Positions 37,845 to 51,339 of a stretch of 64,000 nucleotides of DNA are shown here, piece after piece. The stretch covers positions 273,296,001 through 273,360,000 of the forward strand of contig CM126208.1 in assembly GCA_052327205.1 (NCBI GenBank), written 5' to 3'. Origin of the DNA: Somniosus microcephalus. Taxonomy: Eukaryota. A program made the translations under genes and the position numbers. Under the pieces are notes generated by a model. That model made no database searches and was not told where the DNA came from. It saw only the letters and a program-made list of their open reading frames with translations. Within the stretch, counting starts at the first letter, position 1; every line of letters begins with the position of its first letter.

Positions 37845-40800
37845 AATCAATTTTGCAGTTTGATTTTTTTTTTGCACCATTCAAAGTTCAGATTTGCAGG
37901 TGAAGCTGAACCCATCAGCATTTCATAAATCATTGTCTCCTTGCATTATGTGAGGTATAGTAAGCAAGGAGCTGTTGGCTGCCTTATTGGCTGCATTTGA
38001 CTTTTGTGATATAAGCTCATACTGTGGTTGCAGGGATTTGGCTGGTTCAGATGTCTTCTGTACATTGTGGCATAAATACTAACTGCTGCTATTAGTTGGT
38101 TGTGGGACTCGTGACCGGAACAAGTTCTTGCCTAGATCTGTCTGCAGTAAATACATGTGCTCCACATTTTGGTTTGAGCCTTTTGTAGAGATCCATTGCC
38201 CTGTTGGCTGTGATACAGATGCCTCTTAACAATATTGTTGGCACTGCTGACTGCATGGCACTGATACGAATAAGATGCTTTGACACACTTTTGTTGCATT
38301 TACTTGAACTAGTGTTTTATGCTGTTGTGTTATTCACCCCCGCCCCTCCCCGACTGAACTAGAAGAAAGAAACTCAATGTATCAAATATATTAGTGATCA
38401 GCATTTACTTTGGTCAATGATCCAGTAGTTCTAGCCAGACACTGGAGGTTGTGGTATTTCTTCAGTTCTGAAATATTTGGCAATTATTATTATTAAATTG
38501 CACATGTTTGGAATTCATTCTGTTGACTAATTGTTTTTTGTTGTTGCCATTAACACCAAGTATTAGTAGCTTTTTAATTTTGGGGCTCATCAAGCTGAAG
38601 GATATTGGTGCTGGTGAATGGTGTCCAGTGCCAGCATCAAGCATTCCCAGGTCCTGGATAGCACAATTAAATGAAGATTAAGCCTCCTTCCCTCTGCCCC
38701 AATCTCAAGAGCACCCGCTCCTACACCAGTGTGCCTTTTTTTCTTTTTCACATTTCAACCATCTGAGTGACATTGCAAATTAGTATAGTTATGTACTGCG
38801 GGCTCATGCCCACAACGAACAGAATTAAGACTGCCTCACCATTGGATCATTCCAGCCAGCAGACGGAGGAGACTTTCATCCCAATAGTTTGAGCTGGACT
38901 TGAACTGAAGTTTGAGGTGATTCAAGTCACGGAGCCACCCATTTCCTGCCCAAATTTAGTTTTTTTTTGTACTGTTTTGGGTGTTAATACATTGCTTAAT
39001 TTTGAGGTCTGTTGCTAGTAGTGTATAATTTGTGTACTTTTATTTGGCAATTAATAATTCTGATCATTCATGAAAACTTTTGATTCCACGCTATTTTAGT
39101 GTTGGTTCAAAAAAGAACAATTTTAATAAACCACTTCTGTTTATCCAAAATTTTAACAAATTCAGTATTTCTTGATCATTTACAACTTCTGAGAAGTCAG
39201 TGTCATCCCAATATTTACTAATCCTGCAGTCCCAACATTGTAGCCCTGATTTGCTGACCTTCGCTCCCTTTGGACGTCACTTCCTATTGGGAGCGTTGGA
39301 TTGGTGAATTTACTATTATGTCACAAATGACCAGTAAAGATGAGTTCCATTTCAATAGATGCACAATCTTTTCTCATTTGAATAACTAACCTCAAGTGCT
39401 TGTGTAAGATTGTGAAAGATAACTTCAGTTTTACAAAATAGATGACTGAGCCACCATACTACTTATAAAGGACAAGTTTTAATACTAAATTTATATAAGT
39501 TGGGTCTTTGAGGTCAAAAAATAGCTCCAAGGTAATATACCTGGCAGTGATAGTTCAGGTCTAATCAACCCACTGTGCCAGTCCTGGTAAAACTATACCT
39601 GAGCCAGGCAGCTTTGGAATACTCCAGGACACTTGTTGACTGACCAGAAAGATTGGCTCATTAATGACATCCCACTGTCTCGGCTTGACATTTTTGCTTA
39701 ACTGCCCTATTTAATTTGTCATTCATTTGGAAACAGCACTGCTCTGTTGGCAGTGAAGGATATGAATTGCTAGACAAAAAGAGACCAAGGTCCATCTAGT
39801 TTGCCATCTACCATCTCGGTAGTCTCATGGTGCAACAATACTGGAGATGGAAGCACATCTGTGCTTGCTTGCTGACGTAATAAAACTCACTATGCACTTG
39901 GTTCGAGTATAAAGCAAGGCTTTAATCAACTTGTTTCAGAACATGGAGGTCTAGTTGTACTTCACTAGTTCCTGTCTTACAAAATGTCCCTGGGCAAGCT
40001 GGGGCCCACGCCTGAGTATTTCTACTCCTTGGACGGCGCCACCAGCTGGTCGTCCAGCGTTATTTCATGAGTAGTTCTTTATAATGAGATTTATAACACT
40101 TGCTGTGCCATGGAATGTCGGGGTATTCTTTTCTTCGCTTGTTTGCAACTTTGGGGAAGGGAGGTTACTGATTTTGGGTTGTTGGGAGAAAAAAAATGTG
40201 GAATCGAGTTGTTTCCCCACAAAAAGAGTAAAGATTACAGATGAGTAATCATAGACTGGGGCTATGCATTTCCTAGCTTCTGGTTGAAGAGCTCTACTGG
40301 CAGAAGTCCAGAAGCAAGTTACCTGCACTTACACTCTGGGGAGAAAACAAAACAAAAATATTGTTTGTTCTGCACAATCATTTGTAATTGTGGGGATGCG
40401 TTCTGTCCAGGAGTATATTTAAGAGCAGTTCCTATATTTGTACACCATTGCCATAAAGTTTAGGTATGTGCAGTATGGCTGGGCTCCAGGGTGGAACCTG
40501 AAGCAGCGACTGTGGCTTTAAATATATCGAATTTATTGCTGACATTTAGTCACAACCAGGCAGTTTGGATTCAGTCCACATCATAGGGAATGGAGGGAAA
40601 GAAAATTGCTTTGAGTCTGTACTTAATTTGGTATATTTTAGCCAACAATTTGTGTTCTCGTATAATTAAGCGTGTGCTGTATGGATGCTCAACTTTCCTG
40701 CCAGATTCAAGCTGTTCTATGGGGCAACACGCAATAGTTCCAGTGCTAATTTATATTTAATCCATTATTTAAGGATGCATACAACTAATTTTGCCAATGA

Positions 40801-41107
40801 GCCCTTTTTTAATAAAGAAAAGCACTAGGATATGTGAGGCTATCTTTGTTTTATCAGTTTATATTCAAATAATGTTGAAATGTGCTGATGATTCAAATTG
40901 CTAGGACTGTTGAAATATTGTCTCGGCATGCGCTCATGGCGTTTGGGTTTGTGGTTTATTCTGTGTGCACGTAAATCAACAATTGTTTCCATCTGTGCTG
41001 CATTCAGTTGATATATAAAGTCATGCACTGACGATTTCGCCAATATTAAGTCGAAACTTACTGGAATGAAGCAAATTTTAACCCCCTTTTGTAGCAGCCA
41101 AGGTGTT

Positions 41108-42035
41108 GCAGGAAAGATGTGATTGCACTAGAGAGATGATCAGCCATGATCTCGTTGAATGGCGGAGCAGGCTCGAGGGGCCGAATGGCCTACTCCTGCT
41201 CCTATCTTCTATGTTTCTATATACAGGAAACTCTCGATTTACCGGCACCTAAATAACCGGAAATCTCTGTTAACCGGCAAAATTCAGGAGTAGGTTCAGG
41301 TAAGTTTTACTTCGTTAGTGGCCGTTCCTGGATCTGTGGCTGTGTAACCGAGGTTCCTGTACTTGTTGCTAAGCAACAGGGATGCTTGGTCTGTGACCGG
41401 GGTTCCTGCACCTGTTGCTAAGCAACAGGGAAGCCTGCATTTGTTGCTGTGTACGGAGCTCTCGTACCTTTTACTATACCTCTCTGTAATCCAGACTTCT
41501 TGATAAACCGGCACCACGCCGGTCCCGTCGGTGCCGGATAAAGAGTTTCCTGTACAGAGGAGATTTACAGGGATGTTGCTGGGAGTAGAGAATCTTAGCT
41601 ATGAGGAAAGACTGGATAGGCTGGGTCTGTTTTCCTTGGAACAGAGGAGGCTGAGGGGAGACCTTATTGAGGTGTATAAAATTATGAGGGGCCTAGATAA
41701 AGTGGATAGAAAGGACCTATTTCCCTGAACAGAGGGGTCAAAAACCAGGGGGCACAGATTTAAAGTAATTGGTGGAAGGTTTAAAGGGATTTGAGGTGAA
41801 ATTTCTTCACCCAGAGGGTGGTGGGGGTCTGGAACTCACTGCCTGAAAGGGTGGTAGAGGCAGGAACCCTAACCACATTTAAAAAGTACTTGGATGTGCA
41901 CTTGGGATGTTCTAACCTGCAGGGCTACGGACCAAGAGCTGGGAAGTGGGATTAGGCTGGATAGCTCTTTGTTGGCCGGCGCGGACACGATGGGCCGAAA
42001 TGGCCTCCTTCCGCGCTGTAACTTTCTGTGATTCT
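41108..42035 (+). mobile_element. CR1 3' fragment interrupted by a CR1 tail and a MITE
   Basis: gattgcactagagag is joined to tacagaggagattt after the inserts. ORF 41531-41728. Confidence 0.85.
41224..41552 (+). mobile_element. Tigger/pogo-like MITE, family A, complete
   Basis: TIRs caggaaactct / agagtttcctg with TA TSDs at 41222-41223 and 41553-41554. Confidence 0.88.
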
Positions 42036-42119
42036 AGGTCCATTAAAATGTTTCTTATTCCACGTGGAGTTGAACTCTATTAATGAGATACTGAGCTTTA
42101 GTGTAATTTAATTCAGAAA

Positions 42120-42730
42120 AAGGATTTGAGTACAGGAACAAGGATGTCTTACTACAGTTATACAGGGCCTTGGTGAGACCACACCTGGAGTACTGTGTGC
42201 AGTTTTGGTCTCCTTACCTAAGAAATTATATATTTGCCATAGAGGAAGTGCAGCGAAGGTTCACCAGACTGATTCCTGGGATGGCAGGATTGTCATAGGA
42301 GAGATTAGGTCGACTCGGCCTGTATTCACTAGAGTTTAGAAGAATGAGAGAGGATCTCATTGAAACGTATAAAATTCTGACTGGGCTAGACAGACTGGAT
42401 GCAGGGTGGATGTTTCCTCTGGCTGGGGGGTCTAGAATGAGGGGTCACAGTCTCAGGATACGGGGTAGGACATTTAGGACTGAGATGAGGAGAAATTTCT
42501 TCACTCAGAGGGTGGTGAACCTGTGGAATTCTCTACCACAGAAGGCTGTGGAGGCCAAGTCATTGAACATATTTAAGAAGGAGATAGATAGATTTCTAGA
42601 CACAAAAGGCATCAAGGGGTATGGGGAGAGAGCGGGAATATTGTATTGAGATAGAGGATCAGCCATGATCATATTGAATGGCGGAGCAGGCTCGAAGGGC
42701 CGAATGGCCTCCTATTTTTCTATGTTTCTA
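42120..42730 (+). mobile_element. CR1 (HER1-like) 3' fragment
   Basis: ORF 42344-42649 plus the tail. Confidence 0.9.
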
Positions 42731-44159
42731 AATATAATTATCACTCATCTGGCTTGAATTGGCACATTCAATTCTAGTGTAAAACATCTAAGTGCTGATT
42801 GGAACCTGGCGCTGACAATAGCTCCATTCAAACTAAATAAAACAAAATAGCACCTGGAGCATTTATCTTTGTCAACAAATAGTGATATAGAAGGCAGTAA
42901 GCGAAAAAATATTGATAGTTCTGGAACTAAAATTAGTGTACAGTAAGCTGTTCTGTTTGCATTTCTTAAATGTCTGAAGTTATAATTACAATCAGAAGTT
43001 GATCAATGTTCGGAGAAAACTCATTGAATGCTACACAGATGTGAGAGTTTGATTTGTCTGCACTTGCCTACAAATGAAAACCCAAACAGCCATTTGATGC
43101 CTCACCTAGATCTGTGCACTATTTTTTGGATTTTAGCCAATTTTTTCCTCCACATCGACTCTTGCTGGACTAAGGACCTGCTAGCTGGATTCCGATACCT
43201 TGCCCAACGAGCCATCCTTCACACGAGCCTGAGTAGCAAGTGTTGGCAGTTCATTTGACCATGGAGAGCATTCCAGTTGAGGCCAATCTTGTTCTGTCCT
43301 TGCCCAACATCTACATGTGCACACTTTGCAGAAGGAATCATTGGGAAGTGACCTAGTGCAGGGACCCTGGCTGACTTCTCCCCACCACCCACCGCCCCCC
43401 CCCCCCCCCCGCCCCAACGCAGATATGCTGAGATCAACTGCTGCCTCCAATGTGTAAATTGAGATCAGATAACTTCGCACAAACTGGGGACTATACTAAT
43501 AGCAGCTGCAAACTATTTTTTATATGTTAACACTGACACTCATTTCATAGTTGTCTGCTGTTGACTTGAGATAATATTATCCAAATACAACATCTGTGCT
43601 GAACCACTCCCGTTGTAAAGAGCTCCTGATGCTCTGATAAAGTATTCCTTAATGTTTAGATCATTAAAGATAATCAGCTGACTGTTAAATTTCACTTGGA
43701 CAAGAAAGACAAATTTGGTCATAACTATGGAAAGTATTACTTGTGTAATTGATTTTTAGACTCTGTTGGTTTATGGTTGTGATGCAACAAATGAATGCAT
43801 TAGTTTTTCTTTTTTCCCTCTCTATCCAATTCCTAGAATTCCCTGATCACAATGTAGATTTAAATGAGCAAGGCCAATTAACTTGCCTTTTAAAACTGTA
43901 AAAAATTCTCTCCTTCCCCGCACAGTATCCAGTTATTTCTTAGTGATTCCAGGGTTTTTGCTTCCACTTTCCGACCAGGGACTACATTTCCTGTGTTGAT
44001 CACTCTTTCTGAGAAGCAGAAGTTCTTGACATCAACCCTAAATTTGCCTTTTACTTGTTTCAACTTGCTTCCCTTTGTCCTCGTGTTGCAGTTTAGTTTG
44101 AAGTAATTTTCTGACTTGGTTTTTCTTCACTCTGTCTAAGACCACTTCTGTCATTTCTT

Positions 44160-45070
44160 TAGCAAAATACTACGGATGCTGGAAATCTGAAATAACAACA
44201 GAAAACGCTGGAAAAACTCAGCAGGCCAGGCAACATCCGTGGAGAGAGAAACAGAGTTAATATTCAAGGGCTGATGGTGCAAGGCAAAAGGGGGTGTTAA
44301 TGGGACAAGAAAAGAAACAAAAGATGAGTTGAGAGGAGGTGAAAATACTAACACCAGAACCATTACCAGCACATGCTGTTCAAGAAAATGGGAGCAGTGG
44401 TTATTATCTAAAGTTGCTAAACTCCGTGTTGAGGCTGGAAGGCTGTAGAGTGTCTAATGGAAAGATGAGGTGCTGTTCCTCAAGCTTGTGTTGAGCTTCA
44501 TTCGAACAGTGTAGGAGGACGAGGACAGAGATGTGGGAGTGGGAGTGGGGCAGAGAATTCAAGTGGCAAATGACCGGAAGCTCAGTCAAGTTTGCAGACT
44601 GACGAGAGGTGTTCAGCAAAGTGAACATCCAATCTGTGTTTAGTCTGCCCAATGTAGAGGAGACCACATCGAAAACAGTATACTAAGTTGAAAGAAGTAC
44701 AAATAAATTGCGAATTCACCTGGAAGGAGTGTTTGGGGCCCTGGATGGCGGGAAGGGAGGAGGTGAAAGGACAGGTGCTGTATCTCCTGTGCTTGCATGC
44801 GAAGGTGTCTTGGGAAGGGGAGCAGGTGTTGCAGGTGTTTGAAGAGAGGATCAGGGTGTTGCGGAGCGAACGGTCCCTTTGGAGTGCTGAAAGGGATGGG
44901 GAAGGTGTGTTTGGTGGTGGCGGAAATGGCCGAGGATGATCTGTTGAATGTGGGGACTGGTGGGGTGGGAGGTGAGGACATGATTCTGGGAGGGAGAGGA
45001 AGGGGTGAGGGTAGAAGTACGGGAAATGGGAAAGGTGCCGTCAACTGCAGTGGAGGGGAAATCCTTAGCT
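44160..45070 (-). mobile_element. Penelope-like element 3' portion (GIY-YIG endonuclease remnant and pLTR)
   Basis: PVICHLNSLPHSH...KLEEQHLIFPLDTLQPSSLNTEFSNFR resembles a PLE C-terminus, followed by the same pLTR family as 3258 and 53105. Confidence 0.8.
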
Positions 45071-45869
45071 GAGGTCTATTGGGAGCACTTGTAAGCAATA
45101 CTTGATGCTTGTTCATGTTAAATTTCATCTCGGAACACAGGAGCAGGAGTCGGAAATTCAGCAGCTTGAGTTTGTTCCGCCATTCTAACTCCATTTACCT
45201 GCCTTTGTTCCGTACCACTGGGTCCCCTTGCCTAACAAAAATCTTATCAATCTCAGTCTTGAAAGCTCCAATTGTCCCACCTTTTGGGGAGAGTTTCAGA
45301 TTTCTACTACCCTTAAAAGAACTTCCTGGTTTCCCTCCTAAATGACCTAGCACTAATTTTAAGATTGTCTCAACGTTCTTGACTTACACTATCAGAGGAA
45401 ATAATTTCTCTGTATCGATGCTATCAAATCCTTTTAACATTTTAAATACAATCTGCCATTCTTCTTCTGTTCATTTTGTCTAACTCATTTTGTTATCTCC
45501 TCACAATTAATAGGCCCTATTAGTTTGACACTATCTGTTAATATGACCAGTTTGCTTTGATTTTATACTACTGTAGCATTGTTGTGAAGTGATTTACCTT
45601 TGCTTTGACACTGCAGTTATACGTTACATGCAGGCTGAATCCAGAGTCTTCTCCCAATCTGAAGTAGGAGCCAAGTGAAGTGAGACTCCCTGGAGGAGAT
45701 GGTCTCACTCTTATTGCTTTAGAGTCAGTTTGGTCTTTGACACCTAATTTACTAAGTTTAGCATTGGTGCAAATTCAAACATACTTCACATCAACACTAA
45801 AGTTATAAACACTGATCTCTGTGGCACCCCATTTGATACCTTCGTCCACCTTAGACGCTTTCTAAGCAC

Positions 45870-48800
45870 CTGGAAAGGGAGGGTGAGAAAACCGTTGTCG
45901 TGGTCTATGTTGGGACCACTGATGGGAAGGAACAGGAAGAAGGTCCTGCTAAGAGAGTATCAGGAGCTAGGTGCTAAATTAAAAAGCAGGACCTCAAGGG
46001 TAATAATCTTGGAATTATTAGCCAAGCCATGTGCAAATTAGCATAGGGGCAAACCGATCAGGGAAGTAAATAAGTGATTGAAGGATTTGTGTGGGAAAGA
46101 GGGGTTCCATGTCATGGGACACTGGCACCAGTATTGGGACAGGAAAGACCAGCATCGTTGGGAACGGGCTGCACCTGAACCGGCCTGGGGCCAAGGTCTG
46201 AACGAAACAGATAAATAGGTCTGTAGAAATGACTTTAAACCAATAATGGGGAGGGGGGGCGAGGGGGAGGCCTCAGCCAGAAAAAATAATAGAAGTGGAA
46301 AAAAGCCTAAAGCTAAGAAAAAGTCCAGATCATAAATAGTGTTAAAGATAATATAATTATTTCAGATTCAGAAAAAAATAGGAAATAAGACAATAACTGA
46401 TTTTTTAAAAAAACCAACAGGAACGATGAAAAACGAGGAGTGTTATAAATTTAAAAAAAATATGAGGACAAACAGCTTTAGGACAAAGGGCAAGGTAGGA
46501 TGCCCAATAAGAGTTCTATACACAAATGTTGTTGGCATAAGGAATGAAACAAGTGAATTTGAAGCACAAATTCAGCAAAGAGTATGAGGAGGTGGCCATC
46601 ATTGAGACCTGGCTACAAGCTGGGTATGACTGGGAGGTAAATATTCCAAGGTACAAGGTCTTTAGAAAGGACAGGGAAATTGGAAAAGGAGGAGTAGCAA
46701 TATTGAGAAGACACTATTACAACATTAGAAAGAGGGGCTATCAGTAAAAGTGAGCAGGCAGTAGAAACTCTCTGGGTAGAATTGAGGACTAGAAAAAGAC
46801 TTTGGTGGGAGTTGTCTACAGAACTCCTGAAAGCAGTGATGAAGTAATGGGATGCATACGTACGGAGATCAGATAAACTTGTTGTAAAAACAGAGTGGTT
46901 ATAATGGAAGACTTCCATTTTCACAGACTGGAAGAAGCAGAACAACTCGAGTCCCAAAAGCAGTAAATTTCTTCAGCATGTTACAGAAAATTGTCTCGAA
47001 CAATATGTTCTTGAACCAACAAGAGGACAGGCCATACTAGATTTAGTGATGAGGAATGAGCCAGATTTGTCAGCAAGCTAACAGTGACCATAACATGATT
47101 GAATTCGGTGTTAGGTTTGAGAGGGCGAAGGGTGAGTCACAAAGCAAGGTTTAAAATTTAGGTAAGGCTGACTTTGAAGGGATGTGGCTAAAATTGACCA
47201 CAGTAAACTGGGCTGAACTGTGAATGGGTAAAACTGCAGATGAACAGTGGGAGGTATTCCAAGAAGTATTTGGTACAACACAAGATTTGTACATATCTCT
47301 AAAGGGCAAGAGCTCTAAATGTATATAATTATAAAAGAGAGATGATATAAAACTAAAAGGGCTTATACAACTGCAAAGAATGGTGGAGATCCTGTGGACT
47401 GGGCGAGATATAAAAAAAAAGCAAAGTGATCCAAAGAAAGTAGTAACAGCTGCAAAAAGGGAATACGAAAAAAACTTGAGGCATATCGAGGATAATGCTA
47501 AACATTTTTACAAGTATTGTAAGAGAAAGAGGATGGCTAAAGGTCATGCGGGCCACTTAAAGACAGACGCAAGTGATAGTGTAATTGAAAATAAGGAAAT
47601 GGCAGATTTGCTAAATAAATACTTAATCGGTCATCACAATAGACGATGACGATAAAGTACCAGAGATGTGAGAAAAACTAAAAAATAATTAAGAAGGAAC
47701 TTTGTAGACTTAATACAAGCAAAAAATGGTAATGGAGAAAATAATGAGACTGAACATGAACCAGTCTCCAGGACCTGATGGTTTCCACCTCAGGATTTTA
47801 AAAGCAGCGTCCTCGGCCCAACCATCTTCATCTGCTTAATCAATGACCTTCCCTCCATCATAAGATCAGAAGTGGGGATGTTCATTGATGACTGTGCAGT
47901 GTTCAGTGTCATTCGCAACTCCTCAGATAATGAAGCAGTGCATGCCCACATGCAGCAAGACCTGGACGACATTCAAGCTTGGGCTGATAAGTAGCAGGTA
48001 ACATTCGCGCCACACAAGTGCCAGGCAATGATTATCCCCAACAAGCGAGCGTCTAACAACTGCCCCTTGACATTCAACGGCATTGCCATTGCCGAATCCC
48101 CCACCATCAATATCCTGGGGTTCACCATTGACCAGAATTTTAATTGGACCAGCCACACAAATACTGTGGCAACAAGAGCAGGTCAGAGGCTGGGTATTCT
48201 GCGGCGAGTGTCTCCCCTCCTGACTCCCCAAAGCCTTTCCAACATCTCCATGGCACAAGTCAGGAGTGTAATGGAATACTCTCCACTTGCCTGGATGAGT
48301 GCAGCTCCAACAACACTCAAGGAGCTCGACACCATCCAGGACAAAGCAGCCTGCTTGATTGGCACCCCATTCACCACCTTAAACATTCACTCCCTCCACC
48401 ACCGGCGTACCGTGGCTGCAGTGTGTATCATCTACAAGGTGCACTGCGGCAACTCGCCAAGGCTTCTTCGACAGCACCTTCCAAACCCACGAACTCTTCC
48501 ACCTTGGGCAACAGGCGCATGGGAACACCACCACCTCCAAGTCACACACCATCCTGACTTGGAAATATATCGCCGTTCCTTCAACGTCACTGGGTCAAAA
48601 TCCTGGAACTCCCTCCCTAACAGCAATGTGGGAGCACCTTCACCACACGGACTGCAGCGGTTCAAGAAGGCGGCTCACCACCACCGTCTCGAGGACAACT
48701 GGGGATGGGCAATAAATGTTGGCCTTGCCAGCGAAGCCCACATCCCATGAACGAATTTTTAAAAAGTGACAAAATTGCTGATGCTTTAGGCATGATCTTC

Positions 48801-49028
48801 TGAAACACTCTTGATTCAGGGATTACCCCCTTGGATTGGAAAATTGTCAATGTTACTCCATTATTCAAGAAGGGTGGGAGAGAGAAACCAGGATATTATA
48901 GACCTATAACTCTAACGTCTGTTGTGGGGAAGTTACCAGAATCTGTTATTCTGGACCAAGTGACTGAGCACTTGGACAAATATTAACTGATCAGAGAGAG
49001 GCAGCATGGATTTGTAAAGGGTAAGTCA
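45870..49028 (+). mobile_element. Old CR1 LINE (ORF1 esterase to RT start), interrupted at 47806-48757
   Basis: gtctatgttgggaccactgat (VGT.D), IIETWLQ, ccaggacctgatggtttccacc, ttatagacctataactcta. Confidence 0.8.
47806..48757 (+). mobile_element. CR1-group (Daphne/Crack-like) LINE 3' end
   Basis: 240-aa ORF 48028-48750 and the complete 3' end gcccacatcccatgaacgaat. Confidence 0.85.
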
Positions 49029-49031
49029 GTA

Positions 49032-49378
49032 CAGGAAACTTCGCGATATCCGGCACCGACGGGACCGAGCTGCTGCCGATCTATTAAAACTTCCGGATAG
49101 ACCAGCGCTAATGTTGAAGGATACGGAGGTTTTCATCTCCGTATCTGACAACAAACACTGTTGCTTAGCAACAGCTTGTAAACACTCGGCCCGTACCTTG
49201 AAAGCGTCTCTGAAGCTGTTGCTAAGCTACAGAGACGCTTTCCAGAGCCTGACTGTTTAAATAAAAAATAAAAAAATGCTAGGAGAAGGAAAAAAAACCT
49301 AACCAAAACGGCTGCTGATTTCTGCCATTAGATCGAGGTTTCCGGACATACAACCTCCGGATAAACCAAAGTTTCCTG
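49032..49378 (-). mobile_element. Tigger/pogo-like MITE, variant B (family A relative in opposite orientation)
   Basis: TIRs caggaaactt / aagtttcctg with TA TSDs at 49030-49031 and 49379-49380. The left end resembles the reverse complement of the family A right end. Confidence 0.85.
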
Positions 49379-49380
49379 TA

Positions 49381-50421
49381 GTAGGGAAAATGCTAGAATC
49401 TATTATTAAGGATGTGGTAACAGGGCACTTAGAAAATAATAATAGGATTGGGCAGAGTCAACACGGATTTATGAAAGGGAAATCGTGTTTAACGAATCTT
49501 AGTTTTTTGAGGTTGTAACTAGCAGAATAGATAAGGGGGAACCAGTGGATGTGGCTAAGTGAGTGGGCAAGAACATGGCAAATGGAATATAACGTGGAGA
49601 AATGTGAAGTTTTCGACTTTGGTAGGAAAAACCGAAAGGCAGAGTATTTAAATGGTGCTAGATTGGGAAATGTTGATGTACAGAGGGACCTGGGTGTCCT
49701 TGTACACCAGTCACTGAAAGCAAACATGCAGGTGCAGCAAGCAATTAGGAAGGCAAGTGGTATGTTGGCCTTCATTGCAAGAGGATTTGAGTACAGGAGC
49801 AAGGATGTCTTACTACAGTTATACAGGGCCTTGGTGAGACCACACCTGGAGTACTGTGTGCAGTTTTGGTCTCTTTACCTAAGAAAGGATATACTTGCCA
49901 TAGAGGGAGTGCAGCGAAGGTTCACCAGACTGATTCCTGGGATGGCAGGACTGTCGTATGAGGAGAGATTGGGTCGACTCGGCCTGTATTCACGAGAGTT
50001 TAGAAGAATGAGAGGGGATCTCATTGAAACGTATAAAATTCTGACAGGGCTAGACAGACTGGATGCAGGGAGGATGTTTCCCCTGTCTGGGGGGTCGAGA
50101 ACGAAGGGTCTCAGGATATTTAGGACTGAGATGAGGAGAAATTTCTTCACTCGGATGGTGGTGAACCTGTGGAATTCTCTACCCCAGAGGCTGTGGCGGC
50201 CAAGTCACTGAATATATTTAAGAAGGAGATAGATAGATTTCTAGACACAAAAGGCATCAAGGAGTATGGGGAGAGAGCGGGAATATGGTATTGAGATAGA
50301 GGATCAGCCATGATCATATTGAATGGCCTACTCCTGCTCCTATTTTTCTTTGTTTCTATGAATGGCAGAGCAGGCTCGAGGGGCTGCATGGCCTACTCCA
50401 GTTCCTATTTCTTATGTTCTT
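49381..50421 (+). mobile_element. CR1 (HER1-like) 3' portion with an internal deletion and a doubled tail
   Basis: ORF 49549-50211 and two tail copies at 50300-50420. Confidence 0.9.
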
Positions 50422-51339
50422 AAAATACAAGTATGCATATGCGAATTATCTACCAGCAGTGGTATATAATTTATGTTCTGATACTTCAGTTTTGTTCATC
50501 TTGAACTTCATTGCTTTAATAATTGCTCCATAATTAATTAAAGTTGTTAAGTTAATTCCCTTTCTGCTTTTGGGATTTAATTTTGAAAGCAATACATGCT
50601 CCGTTCATCTGCATTATGTGTACTTGGCCATCAATTTGTCAGCTGAGTGCATAGAAACTTACAGCACAGAAGGCAGCCATTCGACCCATCGTGTCTGTGC
50701 CAGCATGACTGACTTTATATTATTACTGTTTCTTTAATTAATTGTCCATATGTTGAGTTAGAAATTGGGACGATCCCATTTGAGTAGAGGAAGAATTTAC
50801 ATCCTGCTTTATCATGGCACACTGCGTTTACACATCAGCACCCTGGGATTGTGCATCATGTTTGTGTATGTATGTGTGTGGTGTCTCTGCATTTAATCGA
50901 ATCCTTATATTGTAATGTTTTTTTTTATCAGCAGCTGGCTTCTGAGGTCTGCCAAATGTTGTCTAATGGACAGTGTGCTGAAAGGTTTTTCATCATCATT
51001 CATGCTATTTATAAGCATAATGTATGTGATGAAATATCACCATTTTTCTGCACTGGGATAGCTTTTTCTTATTTAAGCTGAAAAGATTGTGGAAAACAAC
51101 ATTTGCTCCGAGTCAGAATGAATATTGGTGAGCTTTGAACAGCAGGTTCTTCCAAGAACTGTTGTTTAGCTGAAAATACCCAAAGTAATGTAGCTACTTC
51201 ACACCCATCGATGATGGGATCAAACCCTGCAGAGCAGATGTGCATGGTTTAAAAATAAACGAGAAGAAAACTTGAACAGTATTATTAATATTGCTTTGTG
51301 ACCCACAGGGCTGCTCTGTGCTCCTCCCCACCTGTGGTA

